A stretch of 64,000 nt of DNA from Spirochaetia bacterium (lineage in GTDB: Bacteria > Spirochaetota > Spirochaetia > SZUA-6 > Bin103). The translations under genes and the position numbers were made by a program. The stretch lies in assembly GCA_965215345.1 (NCBI GenBank), contig CBDCDL010000001.1, forward strand, positions 845,601 to 909,600, written 5' to 3'. Below the pieces are notes generated by a model, which did no database searches, was not told the origin of the DNA, and saw only the letters and a program-made list of their open reading frames with translations. Position 1 is the stretch's first letter. Each line of letters opens with the position of its first letter. Shown piece after piece: positions 37,071-47,359 of the stretch.

Positions 37071-37964
37071 TCATCCCTTGATCGCTCCGATCATCACGCC
37101 CTTCACGAAATATCTCTGCAGGAACGGGTAGAGCAGCAGGACCGGCACGCTCGCGAAGATGATCACGGCGTACTTGAGGATTTCCGCCAGCATCGCCTGC
37201 TCGAAATACGCCTCGTCGGCGATGTCGACCATCTCGTCGATGCGCTCCTGCACCAGGATCTCCCGCAGGATGAGCTGCAGGGTGAACCGCTCGCGGTCGC
37301 TCAGGTAGATGAGCGCGTTGAAGTATGAGTTCCAGTGCCCCACTCCGTAGAACAGGATCATGACCGCCAGCACGGGACCGGAGACCGGCAGCACGACCCG
37401 GACCAGCGTATGCACGTGGCTGCTGCCGTCGATCGCGGCCGCATCGTACAGCTCGTCCGGAATCGTCCGCAGAAAGAACGTCCGCATGATGAAGATCAGG
37501 AACACCGACACGGCGTTCGGGATGATCATGACCCAGAATGTGTTGACCAGCCCCAGCCCGTCCACCACCAGGTAGGTGGGGATCAGACCGCCGTTGAAGA
37601 ACATGGTGAAGGTCAGGTAGATGAGGATGATCTTCCTGCCGAAGAACCGTTTGCGCGACAGCGGATACGCCGCCAGCACGGTCATGGTGACGTTCACGGC
37701 AACGCCGGCGATGGTGTAGAAGATCGTGTTGCGGTAGCCCATGAGGATGTCGTCGTTGGTGAGCACCCGCCGGTACGCTTCTATCGTGGTGCCGCGCGGC
37801 ACGATCCACACGTTGCCCTGCGAGATCTCCACCGGCGTGGAGAGCGACGCGATGGCCACGAACCAGAGCGGGTAGGAGTACAGGAGCAGGATGCCGATCA
37901 GGAACGCGGTGTTGGCGACGTGGAACACCTTGTCCGCGCCGGTGTCCTTGACGACAGGGGGCAT
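37071..37964 (-). CDS. carbohydrate ABC transporter permease (LplC/MalG-like)
   Basis: 297 aa with six hydrophobic spans and the EAA-type loop AAAIDGSSHVHTLVRVVLPVSGP. Confidence 0.88.
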   Translation of the reverse strand: MPPVVKDTGADKVFHVANTAFLIGILLLYSYPLWFVAIASLSTPVEISQGNVWIVPRGTTIEAYRRVLTNDDILMGYRNTIFYTIAGVAVNVTMTVLAAYPLSRKRFFGRKIILIYLTFTMFFNGGLIPTYLVVDGLGLVNTFWVMIIPNAVSVFLIFIMRTFFLRTIPDELYDAAAIDGSSHVHTLVRVVLPVSGPVLAVMILFYGVGHWNSYFNALIYLSDRERFTLQLILREILVQERIDEMVDIADEAYFEQAMLAEILKYAVIIFASVPVLLLYPFLQRYFVKGVMIGAIKG

Positions 37965-37993
37965 CGCTGCGCGTTCCTACTCGCCTTCGGGCC

Positions 37994-38962
37994 TCACCAC
38001 AGGCTGGACCCGGTGAGACGCCGCGATGCCGCGTTGACGATGATGAGGACGATGAAGTTGACGACCGAATTGAACAGCCCCACGGCTGCACCGAAGCTGA
38101 ACTGCGCGCCGAGGAGACCCACCCGGTAGACATAGGTCGATATGACGTCGGACGTCGGCAGATTGAGCTGATTCTGCATCAGGTAGATCTTCTCGAAGCC
38201 GACCGCGAGAATGCCGGCCGCCGACAGGATCAGCAGCACGATCGCGGTGGACATGATGCCGGGGATCATCACGTGACGGATGCGCTGCAGCCGGCTCGTC
38301 CCATCGATGATCGACGCCTCCACCACTTCGTGATCGATGCCGGCCAGCGCGGCCATGTAGATCACGGAGCCCCAGCCGGCGTGCTGCCAGACGCCGGACC
38401 ATACGTAGACGTGCTTGAACCACCCGGGCTCCGTCATGAAGGACACCGGCTCGAAGCCGACCAGCCCGATCACCGCGTTGATGACGCCTCTGCTCGGCGA
38501 CAGGAACAGGATGATCATGCCGACCATGACCACCGGGGACAGGAAGTACGGGGCATAGGTGATGTTCTGGACCACCTTCTTGAAGCCCAGGAGCCGCAGC
38601 TCGTTCATGGAGAGCGCCAGGATGATCGGGATCGGGAATCCGACCAGCAACTCGTAGAGGCTGATGGTCAAGGTGTTCCTGATGACGCGGACGAAGTGGA
38701 ACGAGCTGAAGAAGCGGACGAAATGCTTGAATCCCACCCACGGGCTGCCCAGGATGCCGAGCGGGCCGAGATACTCCTTGAAGGCGATCTGCACGCCGTA
38801 CATCGGCCAGTAGTGGAATATGGCGAAGAAGACGAGCACCGGCAGGATGAGCGCGTAGAGCTGCCAGTCCTGCCGAACGTAGCGCAGCTTGCCCTTCGCG
38901 GTGAGCCTGCCGTCGATCTGCAGGGCGCCGGCTGGTCGTCGCCGCGTGCGGATGTCGCTCAT
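37994..38962 (-). CDS. carbohydrate ABC transporter permease (LplB/MalF-like)
   Basis: ATG at 38962 (MSDIRTRRR...). EAA loop EASIIDGTSRLQRIRHVMIPGI. The ORF-track start at 39040 adds 26 unlikely residues. Confidence 0.85.
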   Translation of the reverse strand: MSDIRTRRRPAGALQIDGRLTAKGKLRYVRQDWQLYALILPVLVFFAIFHYWPMYGVQIAFKEYLGPLGILGSPWVGFKHFVRFFSSFHFVRVIRNTLTISLYELLVGFPIPIILALSMNELRLLGFKKVVQNITYAPYFLSPVVMVGMIILFLSPSRGVINAVIGLVGFEPVSFMTEPGWFKHVYVWSGVWQHAGWGSVIYMAALAGIDHEVVEASIIDGTSRLQRIRHVMIPGIMSTAIVLLILSAAGILAVGFEKIYLMQNQLNLPTSDVISTYVYRVGLLGAQFSFGAAVGLFNSVVNFIVLIIVNAASRRLTGSSLW

Positions 38963-39122
38963 GGCCGAGTTCGGCTGCGCAGGGGGCTGGATGTCAAGGT
39001 GAAGCCCGAACGATACGCTGCGACGCCTCGGTAACGTCAAGGCGATTCCGGCGGGGTTGCCTGCATTTCGTTGATCTGCTGGCCGTTCTCAAGCACGGAG
39101 CTGGCAAGACGTCCATGCGGTT

Positions 39123-39956
39123 TCAAGCGCGCACGGCGACGAAGAACAGGCGGCTGAAGGGGTAGAGGGTGGTTCCGTCGGGGCGCGCGGGGTACGCGCG
39201 CCTGAGCCGGTCGCGGTACCGGTCCAGGAAGGTCGCGCGGTCCGCATCGCCGAGGCCGGCCAGGATCGGGCGCAGACTGGTGGCGGTAACCCACTCCAGA
39301 ACGGCGTCCGCGCCGGTGAGGGCGTGCAGGTACTCGGTGGTCCACACGTCGACGTGGGCGGCGTCCGCGGCCAGCAGGTCGTAGTAGAAGCCGGGATCGT
39401 GCAGCGAGCGGCTCGCCATCGCCCGCCGCAACTCGGTGTCGCCAAGCGGGGCGCCGTCTGCGCCTCCGTCGGCAAGTGTCCCGCGCATGAGGCGGTGCGA
39501 GGGCAGGTCGCGGCTCATCGGCGCCTGCACCGCCAGGCAGCCGCCCGGCGGCAGCAGCGACCAGAGGCGGGTGATCAGCGAGCGATGGTCGGGCAGCCAG
39601 TGAATCACCGCGTTGGAGAAGAGGAGCGACGGAGTCTCCTCCGGCTGCCAGTCCGCGAGGTGGCCGTGTTGCCATCGCACCCGCGACGGGGTGGCGCGCG
39701 CCTGCTCAAGCATCTGTGGCGAGTGGTCGATCCCGAGGACATCGGCGGCCGGCCAGCGCTCGGCCAGCATGCGGGTGACGTTGCCGGTGCCGCATCCGAG
39801 GTCGTAGATGCGCACGGGGTCCGCCAGCGGGATCCGCCCCATGAGGTCCACGGCCGGCCGCAGGCGATGGTCGGCGAACTTCAGGTACTGACCGGGGTCC
39901 CACGATGCTCGGGCGATGTCGCGTGCGTGCGGCGTCTGCAGCGGATCGGGGCGCAT
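39123..39956 (-). CDS. tam: SAM-dependent methyltransferase, trans-aconitate 2-methyltransferase-like
   Basis: WDPGQYLKFADHRLRPAVDLM, then the SAM motif I IYDLGCGTGN, then SNAVIHWLPDH. This layout matches Tam as I remember it. Confidence 0.7.
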   Translation of the reverse strand: MRPDPLQTPHARDIARASWDPGQYLKFADHRLRPAVDLMGRIPLADPVRIYDLGCGTGNVTRMLAERWPAADVLGIDHSPQMLEQARATPSRVRWQHGHLADWQPEETPSLLFSNAVIHWLPDHRSLITRLWSLLPPGGCLAVQAPMSRDLPSHRLMRGTLADGGADGAPLGDTELRRAMASRSLHDPGFYYDLLAADAAHVDVWTTEYLHALTGADAVLEWVTATSLRPILAGLGDADRATFLDRYRDRLRRAYPARPDGTTLYPFSRLFFVAVRA

Positions 39957-39959
39957 CGG

Positions 39960-40958
39960 TCAGTCCCAGTCGAACAGGATGCTCATCCAGCCGGCGGTGC
40001 CTTCCAGCACCTGACGGTAGAGCCGCGGCGCCTGCTCCGGCTTGGCGACGTGGCTGATGAGGGGATCCACCACCAGCGCCCCCTGCGCGATCAGGCGCAT
40101 GATCGCGCGGCGGTTGCGGCGACGGGTCCAGGGGAACTTCGGGTGGGCGGTGTCCTCCAGCCCGCGCCCGTACACGCCGCGGATGTCCAGCTCGCGGCGC
40201 AGCAGCTCGGTCTGCAGGCCGAGCTCGACCGTGCCCGGGGGACTGCCGACCAGGATGACCTTGCCGCGGTCGCCCGCCGCCTGCATGGCAGGAACCAGCA
40301 CGGCCGGATCGCGGGCGGCGTGGAACACGCACTGCGCGCCGCCGCCGGTCAGGTCGCGGATCGCCGCGACCGGGTCGTCCGCGGACGCGTCGACGGTGTG
40401 CGTGGCGCCGTTGCCGCGCGCCAGCTCCAGGCGCCGCGTGTCGAGATCGACGGCGATGATCGGGTGGGCGCCGGAAATGCGGCACAGCGCGGTGGTGAGC
40501 TGGCCGACCACGCCCTGGCCGAATATGGCGACCGATTCGTCGATCTGCAGCTCGGCGCGGCGGATGCCGAGCAGCGCCACGTCGCCGAGCACGGCGAAGG
40601 TGGCCTGCTCGTCGCTGAGCTCCGCCGCGTCGTGCTCGATGGGCTGCACCGATGCGCCCAACTCGGACTGCCCCTCCTGCGCGGTGAGCCAGTGGCTGCC
40701 GTGGTTGCCGAACGCCAGCACCCGGTCGTCCACGCGGCAGGCATCCACCCCGGGGCCGCAGGCCTGTACGGCGCCGGCCAGCGTATAGCCGAGCGGCCGG
40801 CGCCCCCCGCTCGCCGCGAGGAGGGCGTTCTTCTCGGACCCGGCGCTCACCTGGCTCCGCGAGACGCGCACCAGCATCTGCCCGGGACCCGGCTCCGGGA
40901 TTCCGAACGATTCGATCTCGACGTGGCCGTCGACGGCCATCAGGCGGCGTCCTTCCAT
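39960..40958 (-). CDS. zinc-type/MDR alcohol dehydrogenase family oxidoreductase
   Basis: ATG at 40958 shares its A with the upstream TGA (TGATG). Shows a GroES-like N-terminus and a Rossmann block VAIFGQGVVGQL. 332 aa. Confidence 0.8.
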   Translation of the reverse strand: MEGRRLMAVDGHVEIESFGIPEPGPGQMLVRVSRSQVSAGSEKNALLAASGGRRPLGYTLAGAVQACGPGVDACRVDDRVLAFGNHGSHWLTAQEGQSELGASVQPIEHDAAELSDEQATFAVLGDVALLGIRRAELQIDESVAIFGQGVVGQLTTALCRISGAHPIIAVDLDTRRLELARGNGATHTVDASADDPVAAIRDLTGGGAQCVFHAARDPAVLVPAMQAAGDRGKVILVGSPPGTVELGLQTELLRRELDIRGVYGRGLEDTAHPKFPWTRRRNRRAIMRLIAQGALVVDPLISHVAKPEQAPRLYRQVLEGTAGWMSILFDWD

Positions 40959-41989
40959 CACGCCGGCATCCCGCGAGGACGGATGACGTTGAGCAGCGGC
41001 TCGCCCGCCGCAAAGCGGCGCAGGTTCTCGGCCACCATGTTGGCGATCTCGCCTTGGAAGAACGGAGATTCCGGCGAGCAATGGGGTGACAGCAGCAGGT
41101 TGGGAGCGTCGCGCAGCGGGTCGTCGGCCGGCAGCGGCTCCGTCTGGAACACGTCGAGCGCGGCGCCGCCGATGCGTCCGGCGGCCAGCGCGGCGGCCAG
41201 CGCCTCCTGGTCCACCAAGCCCCCGCGCGCCATGTTGACGAGGACCGCCTCCGGCTTGCACCGCCGCAGGAACGCATCGTCGACCAGCCGCTCGGTCTGC
41301 CCGTCCAGCCGCAACGCCAGGACGATGAAGTCCAGGTCGCCGAGCGCGCCGTCGAGCTCCTCCCAGCCGATCCAGCGGCCTGCCAGATCACCATCCGGGT
41401 CGCCGGTGCCGGGTGTCCGGTAGGTGAGCTGCTGCCGCCTGCCCCCGCGGCCAAGCGTGGCCACGACCTGCATGCCGAGCATGCGGCAGAGGCGTCCCAC
41501 CTGCCGGCCGATCGCCCCGTAGCCCAGGATGCCGACCGTCCTGCCGTGCAGCACGGACGCCGACATCTCCGCCGCCCGGTCGCGGTGCCAGGTCCGGCCC
41601 CGCTCGTGCGCCAGGATGCGGCGGAACCGATGCCCGAAGAACAGCATCGCGGCCAGCGTCCACTCCGCGATCGGCACCGCGGCCGGGCCGCTGCCGTGAC
41701 AGACCTCCACGTTCGGGGCCGACACCAGCGCGTCGGGCAGATCCTCGTGCCCGGCGTTGAGCGTCTGCACCCAGCGCAGTCGCGGCGTACGAGCAGGTTC
41801 CGGCAGCCAGCCGTTGCTGATCAGCCCCTCGATCTCCGGGAGCAGGCCGTCGCGCGGCGCATCCGCGAAGGTGCGCAGCTCGACGCCGGGCGGGATGCCG
41901 CCGAGCGCGTCGCGGATGCCCGCCTCGCTGATTCGATGGCGGGGATTGAGCAGGGCGACCAGGCGAGGGGAGGGCCGAGGTTCGGACAC
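40958..41989 (-). CDS. D-2-hydroxyacid dehydrogenase family protein (NAD-binding)
   Basis: GRTVGILGYGAIGRQVG, LVNMARGGLVD, ALDVFQTEPLP and LLSPHCS. Confidence 0.85.
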   Translation of the reverse strand: MSEPRPSPRLVALLNPRHRISEAGIRDALGGIPPGVELRTFADAPRDGLLPEIEGLISNGWLPEPARTPRLRWVQTLNAGHEDLPDALVSAPNVEVCHGSGPAAVPIAEWTLAAMLFFGHRFRRILAHERGRTWHRDRAAEMSASVLHGRTVGILGYGAIGRQVGRLCRMLGMQVVATLGRGGRRQQLTYRTPGTGDPDGDLAGRWIGWEELDGALGDLDFIVLALRLDGQTERLVDDAFLRRCKPEAVLVNMARGGLVDQEALAAALAAGRIGGAALDVFQTEPLPADDPLRDAPNLLLSPHCSPESPFFQGEIANMVAENLRRFAAGEPLLNVIRPRGMPA

Positions 41990-42035
41990 GGCCCCGGTTA
42001 TCGCCTCACCGGCGGCGTGCTGTAAAGTCGGCGCG

Positions 42036-43142
42036 ATGGCACAGGCTCAAGACGCGATTCAGCGCCTCCAGGTGGACCCGCTCGAAGGGGGCGAGATCCT
42101 CATCCGCCTGCACACCGGCGGCGGCGTGGTCGGCATCAGCGCCTTCCGCGCGCACCCGAGCGTCGGCGTCGCGGTCGTCCGCGACCTGCTGGCGCCGGAC
42201 GTGGTGGGCATGAGCGTGCATGCGCCGGCCGTGGTGTGGGACCGGCTGTTCTACCGCCACGGCCGCACCGGCCAGCACATCCAGGCGATCGCCGCCGTCG
42301 ACATCGCCTGCTGGGACGCGCTCGGCAAGACACTCGGCCGGCCGGTGTACGACCTGTGGGGCGGCGCCGCGCGCACCACGCTGCCGCTCTACTGGAGCCA
42401 GGGGCTCGGCAGCCGCAAGACCCCGCAAGAGATGCTGGCCGATGTGCGGCGCGGATACGGGATGGGCTTCCGCGCGTACAAGATCCGTATGGACTGGGGC
42501 CCGACCGTGCTGGACGCCGACCCGGCCGCGGACATGGAGCGCTACCGCGTGTGCCGGGACTTCCTGCCCGACGACTGCTCGCTCAGCTTCGACTGCAACT
42601 GGGGCTACAGCGTCAGCACCGCCATCCGCCAGGGGGAGATCCTGCAGGAACTGGGAGCGTTCCATTACGAGGAGCCGCTCCCGCACGTCGATCTGCCCGG
42701 ATATCGGCAGGTGGCCGACGCCCTGTCGATCCCGGTGTCGTGCGGAGAGCTGGAGGCGACCCGCTGGCGCTTCCGCGACCTGATCCTGCTGGCCAATCCC
42801 GACATCCTGCAGCCCGACATCCTCAACGCTGGCGGCCCCACCGAGATACGGCGCATCTACCACTTGGCCGACGCGTACGGCAAGCCGCTCATGCCGCACA
42901 GCCCGGCGATCGGCATCCGCTCGTTCGCCAGCCTGCACCTGTTCGCCACCGGGCTCGGCAACACCCTCCCGCACGAGTTCTCGGACGAGGAGCTGGCCGA
43001 CCGCAACCTGGAGCGCGCCCAGGAGCTGTACCACGAGCCGGTGCTGCCGGTGGACGGCGCCGTCACCCTCGGCGACGCCCCCGGCTTCGGACTGACCCTG
43101 AATGAGACCGTCCTCGAACGGCGCCTGACACGAGGTGGATGA
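42036..43142 (+). CDS. enolase-superfamily (mandelate racemase/muconate lactonising enzyme) protein
   Basis: ATG at 42036. AAVDIACWDALGK, FRAYKIRMD, SFDCNWG, YEEPLP and SCGELE metal-ligand blocks. Confidence 0.85.
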   Translation: MAQAQDAIQRLQVDPLEGGEILIRLHTGGGVVGISAFRAHPSVGVAVVRDLLAPDVVGMSVHAPAVVWDRLFYRHGRTGQHIQAIAAVDIACWDALGKTLGRPVYDLWGGAARTTLPLYWSQGLGSRKTPQEMLADVRRGYGMGFRAYKIRMDWGPTVLDADPAADMERYRVCRDFLPDDCSLSFDCNWGYSVSTAIRQGEILQELGAFHYEEPLPHVDLPGYRQVADALSIPVSCGELEATRWRFRDLILLANPDILQPDILNAGGPTEIRRIYHLADAYGKPLMPHSPAIGIRSFASLHLFATGLGNTLPHEFSDEELADRNLERAQELYHEPVLPVDGAVTLGDAPGFGLTLNETVLERRLTRGG

Positions 43143-43143
43143 G

Positions 43144-44304
43144 ATGAAGATCACGGACATCAAGCTGATCACGCTGGAGCTGCCCGAGGGAGGCGAGCCG
43201 CAGCGCATCCCGCAGCTCGTGCAGGTGCCCGGCCTGCACCGCATCCAGTACCGGGCGGGGATGAACCCGGAGCGGGAGCCGATCATGACGCCCCCGGCGA
43301 AGCCGCACGAGCACATCGTGGAGGTGCGCACGGACCAGGGTATCACCGGCCGGGTGCCGGCCTCGACCATGGAGGCGTTCCAGGTCGACTTGGTGCGCTC
43401 GATGGCCATCGGCGAGAACCCGTTGCACCGCGAGCGGCTCTACCAGATGTTCCACAAGGGGACCCGCTGGGTGTATCAGAAGCCGGGCTGGTTCGGGGAC
43501 TTCGACAACTGCCTGTGGGACATCGCCGGCAAGGCGGCCGGGTTGCCCGTGCACGCGCTGATCGGCCGGGTGCGCGACCGCTTCCCCTGCTACCTGACCG
43601 GCGGCGACATGGACCGCAACGGCTACTTCGAGCACATCGACGCCGCCCGCGAGATGGGGATCGGCGCCTACAAGTTCCACACCTACAAGGGCGGCGCGGA
43701 AGACATCCCGCTGTTCGAGGAGGTGCGCGAGGCGGTAGGGCCCGACTTCGACCTCATCAACGACCCGGTCTGCTCATACGACCTGCGCGAGGCGATCGAG
43801 GTCGGCCGCGTGATGGATGAGTTGGGGTTCGTCTGGCTGGAGGAGCCCTTCCACGAGCAGAAGATGCATCATTACCAGGAGCTGTGCAGCGCACTCGACC
43901 TGCCCGTGATGGCCAACGAAATGCTCATGCACGACATCGGCATCTCGACCCAGTGGCTGATGCACGGCGCCACCGACCTGTTGCGCGCCAACGCCCGCCA
44001 CGGCACCACGCTGGTGCTGAAAATGGCGCACTTCGCCGAGCTGTACGACACCACCATCGAGATGAACGCGGCCGGCGGGGTGTACGGCCACGTTCACGCC
44101 ACGCTCGGCTGCTGCATCGACAACACCAGCTACTACGAGTACATGAGCCACGCCCCGGACACGCTCCGCACGCAGGGCGAGCAGTGGGGGATGGTGAACG
44201 CCCCCGTTGTCGAGGCCGGCCATCTGGCCCCGACCGACCTGCCCGGCTGGGGCGCTGAATGGGACGAGGATCGCTTCCGGTCGCTGATCGTGGCCGAGCG
44301 GTAA
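43144..44304 (+). CDS. enolase-superfamily protein (second tandem paralogue)
   Basis: ATG at 43144 after GAGGTGGA (alternative GTG at 43135). NCLWDIAGK, GAYKFHTY, LINDPVCSY, WLEEPF and MANEML blocks. Confidence 0.8.
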   Translation: MKITDIKLITLELPEGGEPQRIPQLVQVPGLHRIQYRAGMNPEREPIMTPPAKPHEHIVEVRTDQGITGRVPASTMEAFQVDLVRSMAIGENPLHRERLYQMFHKGTRWVYQKPGWFGDFDNCLWDIAGKAAGLPVHALIGRVRDRFPCYLTGGDMDRNGYFEHIDAAREMGIGAYKFHTYKGGAEDIPLFEEVREAVGPDFDLINDPVCSYDLREAIEVGRVMDELGFVWLEEPFHEQKMHHYQELCSALDLPVMANEMLMHDIGISTQWLMHGATDLLRANARHGTTLVLKMAHFAELYDTTIEMNAAGGVYGHVHATLGCCIDNTSYYEYMSHAPDTLRTQGEQWGMVNAPVVEAGHLAPTDLPGWGAEWDEDRFRSLIVAER

Positions 44305-44414
44305 ACCGCTCTCCCGCAACCGGCAGCCTGCCCGTCGCTCCGCCGGCGCGTTCGGACCCTCGATGCGCACGACCGCGGCGTGGATGTCGCAGGTTCCTGA
44401 TGCCGGTCTCCCGG

Positions 44415-45551
44415 TCAGGTTCCGGCGACCGTCTCTTCGGCCAGCCAGTCGACGACCGTGCGCAACGCGGCGGCGGAGTCGGCGCCGGCGGCCTGCGCTT
44501 CCTTCCGGATCGCCAGTTGGCGATGGGCGCTGGTGCCCTCGGCCAGGATGTCACGCGCCCGCTCGACTTCCGCGGCGCAGCAGAAGTGGGCGGCGTCTTC
44601 TTCGACCAGGTCGAGCAGTTCCGACAGCAGCCGGTCGTACGGGACGACCTCGCCTGTGCCGAAGTCGACCAGGCCGCGGTCGCTCCCGTAGCGCTGCGCC
44701 AGCCAGCGGTTCTCGTTGACCAGCAGGCGCGAGTGGATGCGCCAGCTCTGGTTGTTGCGGCGCAGCCGGTAGAGCAGGCGGCAGATGCAGCGGAACAGCG
44801 CGGCAAGGCACAGCGCGTCCTCCAGCCGCGTGCACACGTCGGTGATGCGCATCTCCAGCGTGGGGAAGCGCACGCTGGGGCGGATGTCCCACCACAGCTT
44901 GGTGGCGTCCTCGATCAGGCCGGCGCTCACCAGCGTGGCGACCGTCCGGTCGTACTCGCCCGCACTCTGGAACGGGTCGGGGAGCCCGGCGCGCGGCAGC
45001 TCGTCCAGCACCGAGAGCCGGTAGGACATCAGGCCCGAGTCCGCTCCGTCCCAGAAAGGGGAAGAGGTCGATAGCGCCAGCAGGTGGGGGAGGAAGTAGA
45101 CCGCCTGGTTCATCAGGTCGATGCGCAGCTCCGGGTCCTCGATGGCGACGTGCACGTGCATCCCGCACGTCAGCAGGCGCTGCGCGACCAGCCGCAGGTC
45201 CTCGGCGATCCGGGAATAGCGGGCGGCGGCGGTGTGCTTCTGGTCCTGCCATCGCCCGAACGGGTGGGTGGAGGCGGCGATGAGAGCGCAGTCGAAACGG
45301 CCGACGACGCGCTCGACGGTGCCGCGCAGGTCGGCGAGCTGCTCGCGCGCCTCGCCCGGGTCGTGGCAGACCCCGGTGGCGACCTCGATCTGGGAGCGCA
45401 GGAACTCCGGGCCGACCGAGTTGCCGAGCGCCGAGAGGCACTCCTCCATCATCTCGGGTCGCGGGTCGATGACGAGATCGCGGGTGGCGAGGTCGATCAG
45501 GAGGTATTCCTCCTCGATGCCGAACGTGAAACTGGGTTCCGAGAAATTCAT
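44415..45551 (-). CDS. ybdK: carboxylate-amine ligase, glutamate-cysteine ligase family 2 (YbdK-like)
   Basis: MNFSEPSFTFGIEEEYLLID..., EFLRSQIEVATGVC and CGMHVHVAI are GCS2 hallmarks. Confidence 0.82.
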   Translation of the reverse strand: MNFSEPSFTFGIEEEYLLIDLATRDLVIDPRPEMMEECLSALGNSVGPEFLRSQIEVATGVCHDPGEAREQLADLRGTVERVVGRFDCALIAASTHPFGRWQDQKHTAAARYSRIAEDLRLVAQRLLTCGMHVHVAIEDPELRIDLMNQAVYFLPHLLALSTSSPFWDGADSGLMSYRLSVLDELPRAGLPDPFQSAGEYDRTVATLVSAGLIEDATKLWWDIRPSVRFPTLEMRITDVCTRLEDALCLAALFRCICRLLYRLRRNNQSWRIHSRLLVNENRWLAQRYGSDRGLVDFGTGEVVPYDRLLSELLDLVEEDAAHFCCAAEVERARDILAEGTSAHRQLAIRKEAQAAGADSAAALRTVVDWLAEETVAGT

Positions 45552-45638
45552 GCGCGGTTCCGGGTGCGGTCCTCTGCTACGATCATGCCGTGCGCGGACA
45601 CGTCTGGTCGATCCCGCCGTGGGCACCCTGGTAACGCG

Positions 45639-47330
45639 ATGGCCGAGCACCTGACCGGCATCGACCGCAACCTCACCACCTACGGCGATCCCACCTTCAG
45701 CCGTTTCATCCGCCGCGCGTTCCTGGCGTCACGGGGGTTCGACGGTACCGACCTGGAACGGCCGGTGGTCGGCATCGCCGACACGTCGAGCGACTACAAC
45801 ACCTGCCACGCGCACATGCCGGCGCTGGTGGACGCCGTGAAGCGGGGCGTGCTGCAGGCCGGCGGGCTGCCCCTGGTGTTCCCGACGATCTCCCTGAACG
45901 AGATCCTGTTCTCGCCCACGACCATGTTCTACCGGAACCTCCTGGCCATGGAAACCGAGGAGATGATCCGGGCGCAGCCGATGGACGCCGTGGTGCTCCT
46001 GGGCGGCTGCGACAAGACCGTGCCCGCGCAGCTCATGGCGGCCGCCTCCGCGAACGTGCCGGCCGTGGTGTGCGTGACCGGCGCCATGCGCACCGGTGCA
46101 TGGCGGGGCGATCGGGTCGGCGCCTGCACCGACTGCCGCCGCTACTACGCGGGCTTCCGCGAGGGGAGGATAGGCGAGGACGAGCTCCGGGAGGTGCAGC
46201 AGCAACTGTGCTCCACCCCCGGCACCTGCATGGTGATGGGCTCCGCCTCCACCATCGCCTGCGTGGCCGAGACGGTCGGGCTGATGCTGCCCGGCGGGGC
46301 GTCACCGACGTCGGGCAGCGCGGACCGGCTGCGCAACGCGGTGGCCTCCGGCCGGCGCGCGGCCCTGTTGGCGCGCGAGCCGGTCACGCCCGGCCGGGTC
46401 CTGACCAGGGAGGCATTCGAGAACGCGCTCACGGTGCTGATCGCCCTGGGCGGTTCGACCAACACGATCATCCACCTGACGGCCATCGCACGGCGGGCGG
46501 GCGTCGCGCTGTCGCTGGCCGACCTGCAGGCGGCCGCCGGGCGTGTGCCGTTGCTGGTGGACTGCAAGCCGTCCGGCGCCCGCTACATGGAGGACTTCCA
46601 CGAAGCCGGTGGGCTGCCGGCCGTGCTGAAGGCGCTGGAGCCGTTGCTGCACCCGGAGCCGATCGACGTCGCGGGTCGGACGCTGCGGGCGCGGCTGGCG
46701 GAGGTGCCGCCGCCGGGAGCGTGGCAGTCGGTGATCCGCACCCTGGACGAGCCGCTCGGCGGTACCGGGGCGCTCACCGTACTGAGCGGCTCGCTCGCTC
46801 CGGACGGCGCGATCATCAAGAGCGCCGCGGCCGGCCCCGAGCTCTGCGAGCACGAGGGCCCGGCCGTGGTGTTCGACTCGCCTGCCGACGTGGCGGCGCG
46901 CATCGACGATCCCGGCCTGCAGGTCGGCCCCGGGCACGTGCTGGTGCTGCGCAACGCCGGCCCGGTGGCGGCCGGCATGCCGGAGGCCGGCTCCCTGCCC
47001 ATCCCCCGCAAGCTCTCCGAGCAGGGCGTCAAGGACATGGTGCGCGTGTCGGACGCCCGCATGAGCGGCACCGCGTACGGTACGGTCGTCCTGCACTGCG
47101 CGCCGGAAGCCGCGGTGGGCGGTCCGCTGGCGCTGGTCCGCGACGGCGACCCGATCCGGCTGTCGGTCGCGCGCGGCACGATCGACCTGCGGGTGGCTTC
47201 AGACGAGCTTGCGCGCCGACGCCGCGACTGGCGGCCCCGGCCGGCGCCGGAGCGTGGCTGGGCGCGCATCCACTCCGAGCACGTCCTGCAGGCCGACCAG
47301 GGCGCCGACCTCGACCTGATGGCGCCGTAG
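45639..47330 (+). CDS. IlvD/Edd family dehydratase (dihydroxy-acid / sugar-acid dehydratase)
   Basis: ATG at 45639. RPVVGIADTSSDYNTCHAHM, LLGGCDKTVPA, CSTPGTCMVMGSASTIA, GGSTNTIIHL and RMSGTAYGT. Confidence 0.9.
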   Translation: MAEHLTGIDRNLTTYGDPTFSRFIRRAFLASRGFDGTDLERPVVGIADTSSDYNTCHAHMPALVDAVKRGVLQAGGLPLVFPTISLNEILFSPTTMFYRNLLAMETEEMIRAQPMDAVVLLGGCDKTVPAQLMAAASANVPAVVCVTGAMRTGAWRGDRVGACTDCRRYYAGFREGRIGEDELREVQQQLCSTPGTCMVMGSASTIACVAETVGLMLPGGASPTSGSADRLRNAVASGRRAALLAREPVTPGRVLTREAFENALTVLIALGGSTNTIIHLTAIARRAGVALSLADLQAAAGRVPLLVDCKPSGARYMEDFHEAGGLPAVLKALEPLLHPEPIDVAGRTLRARLAEVPPPGAWQSVIRTLDEPLGGTGALTVLSGSLAPDGAIIKSAAAGPELCEHEGPAVVFDSPADVAARIDDPGLQVGPGHVLVLRNAGPVAAGMPEAGSLPIPRKLSEQGVKDMVRVSDARMSGTAYGTVVLHCAPEAAVGGPLALVRDGDPIRLSVARGTIDLRVASDELARRRRDWRPRPAPERGWARIHSEHVLQADQGADLDLMAP

Positions 47331-47359
47331 CACGTACCATGGATCACGGGAGACGGGAA

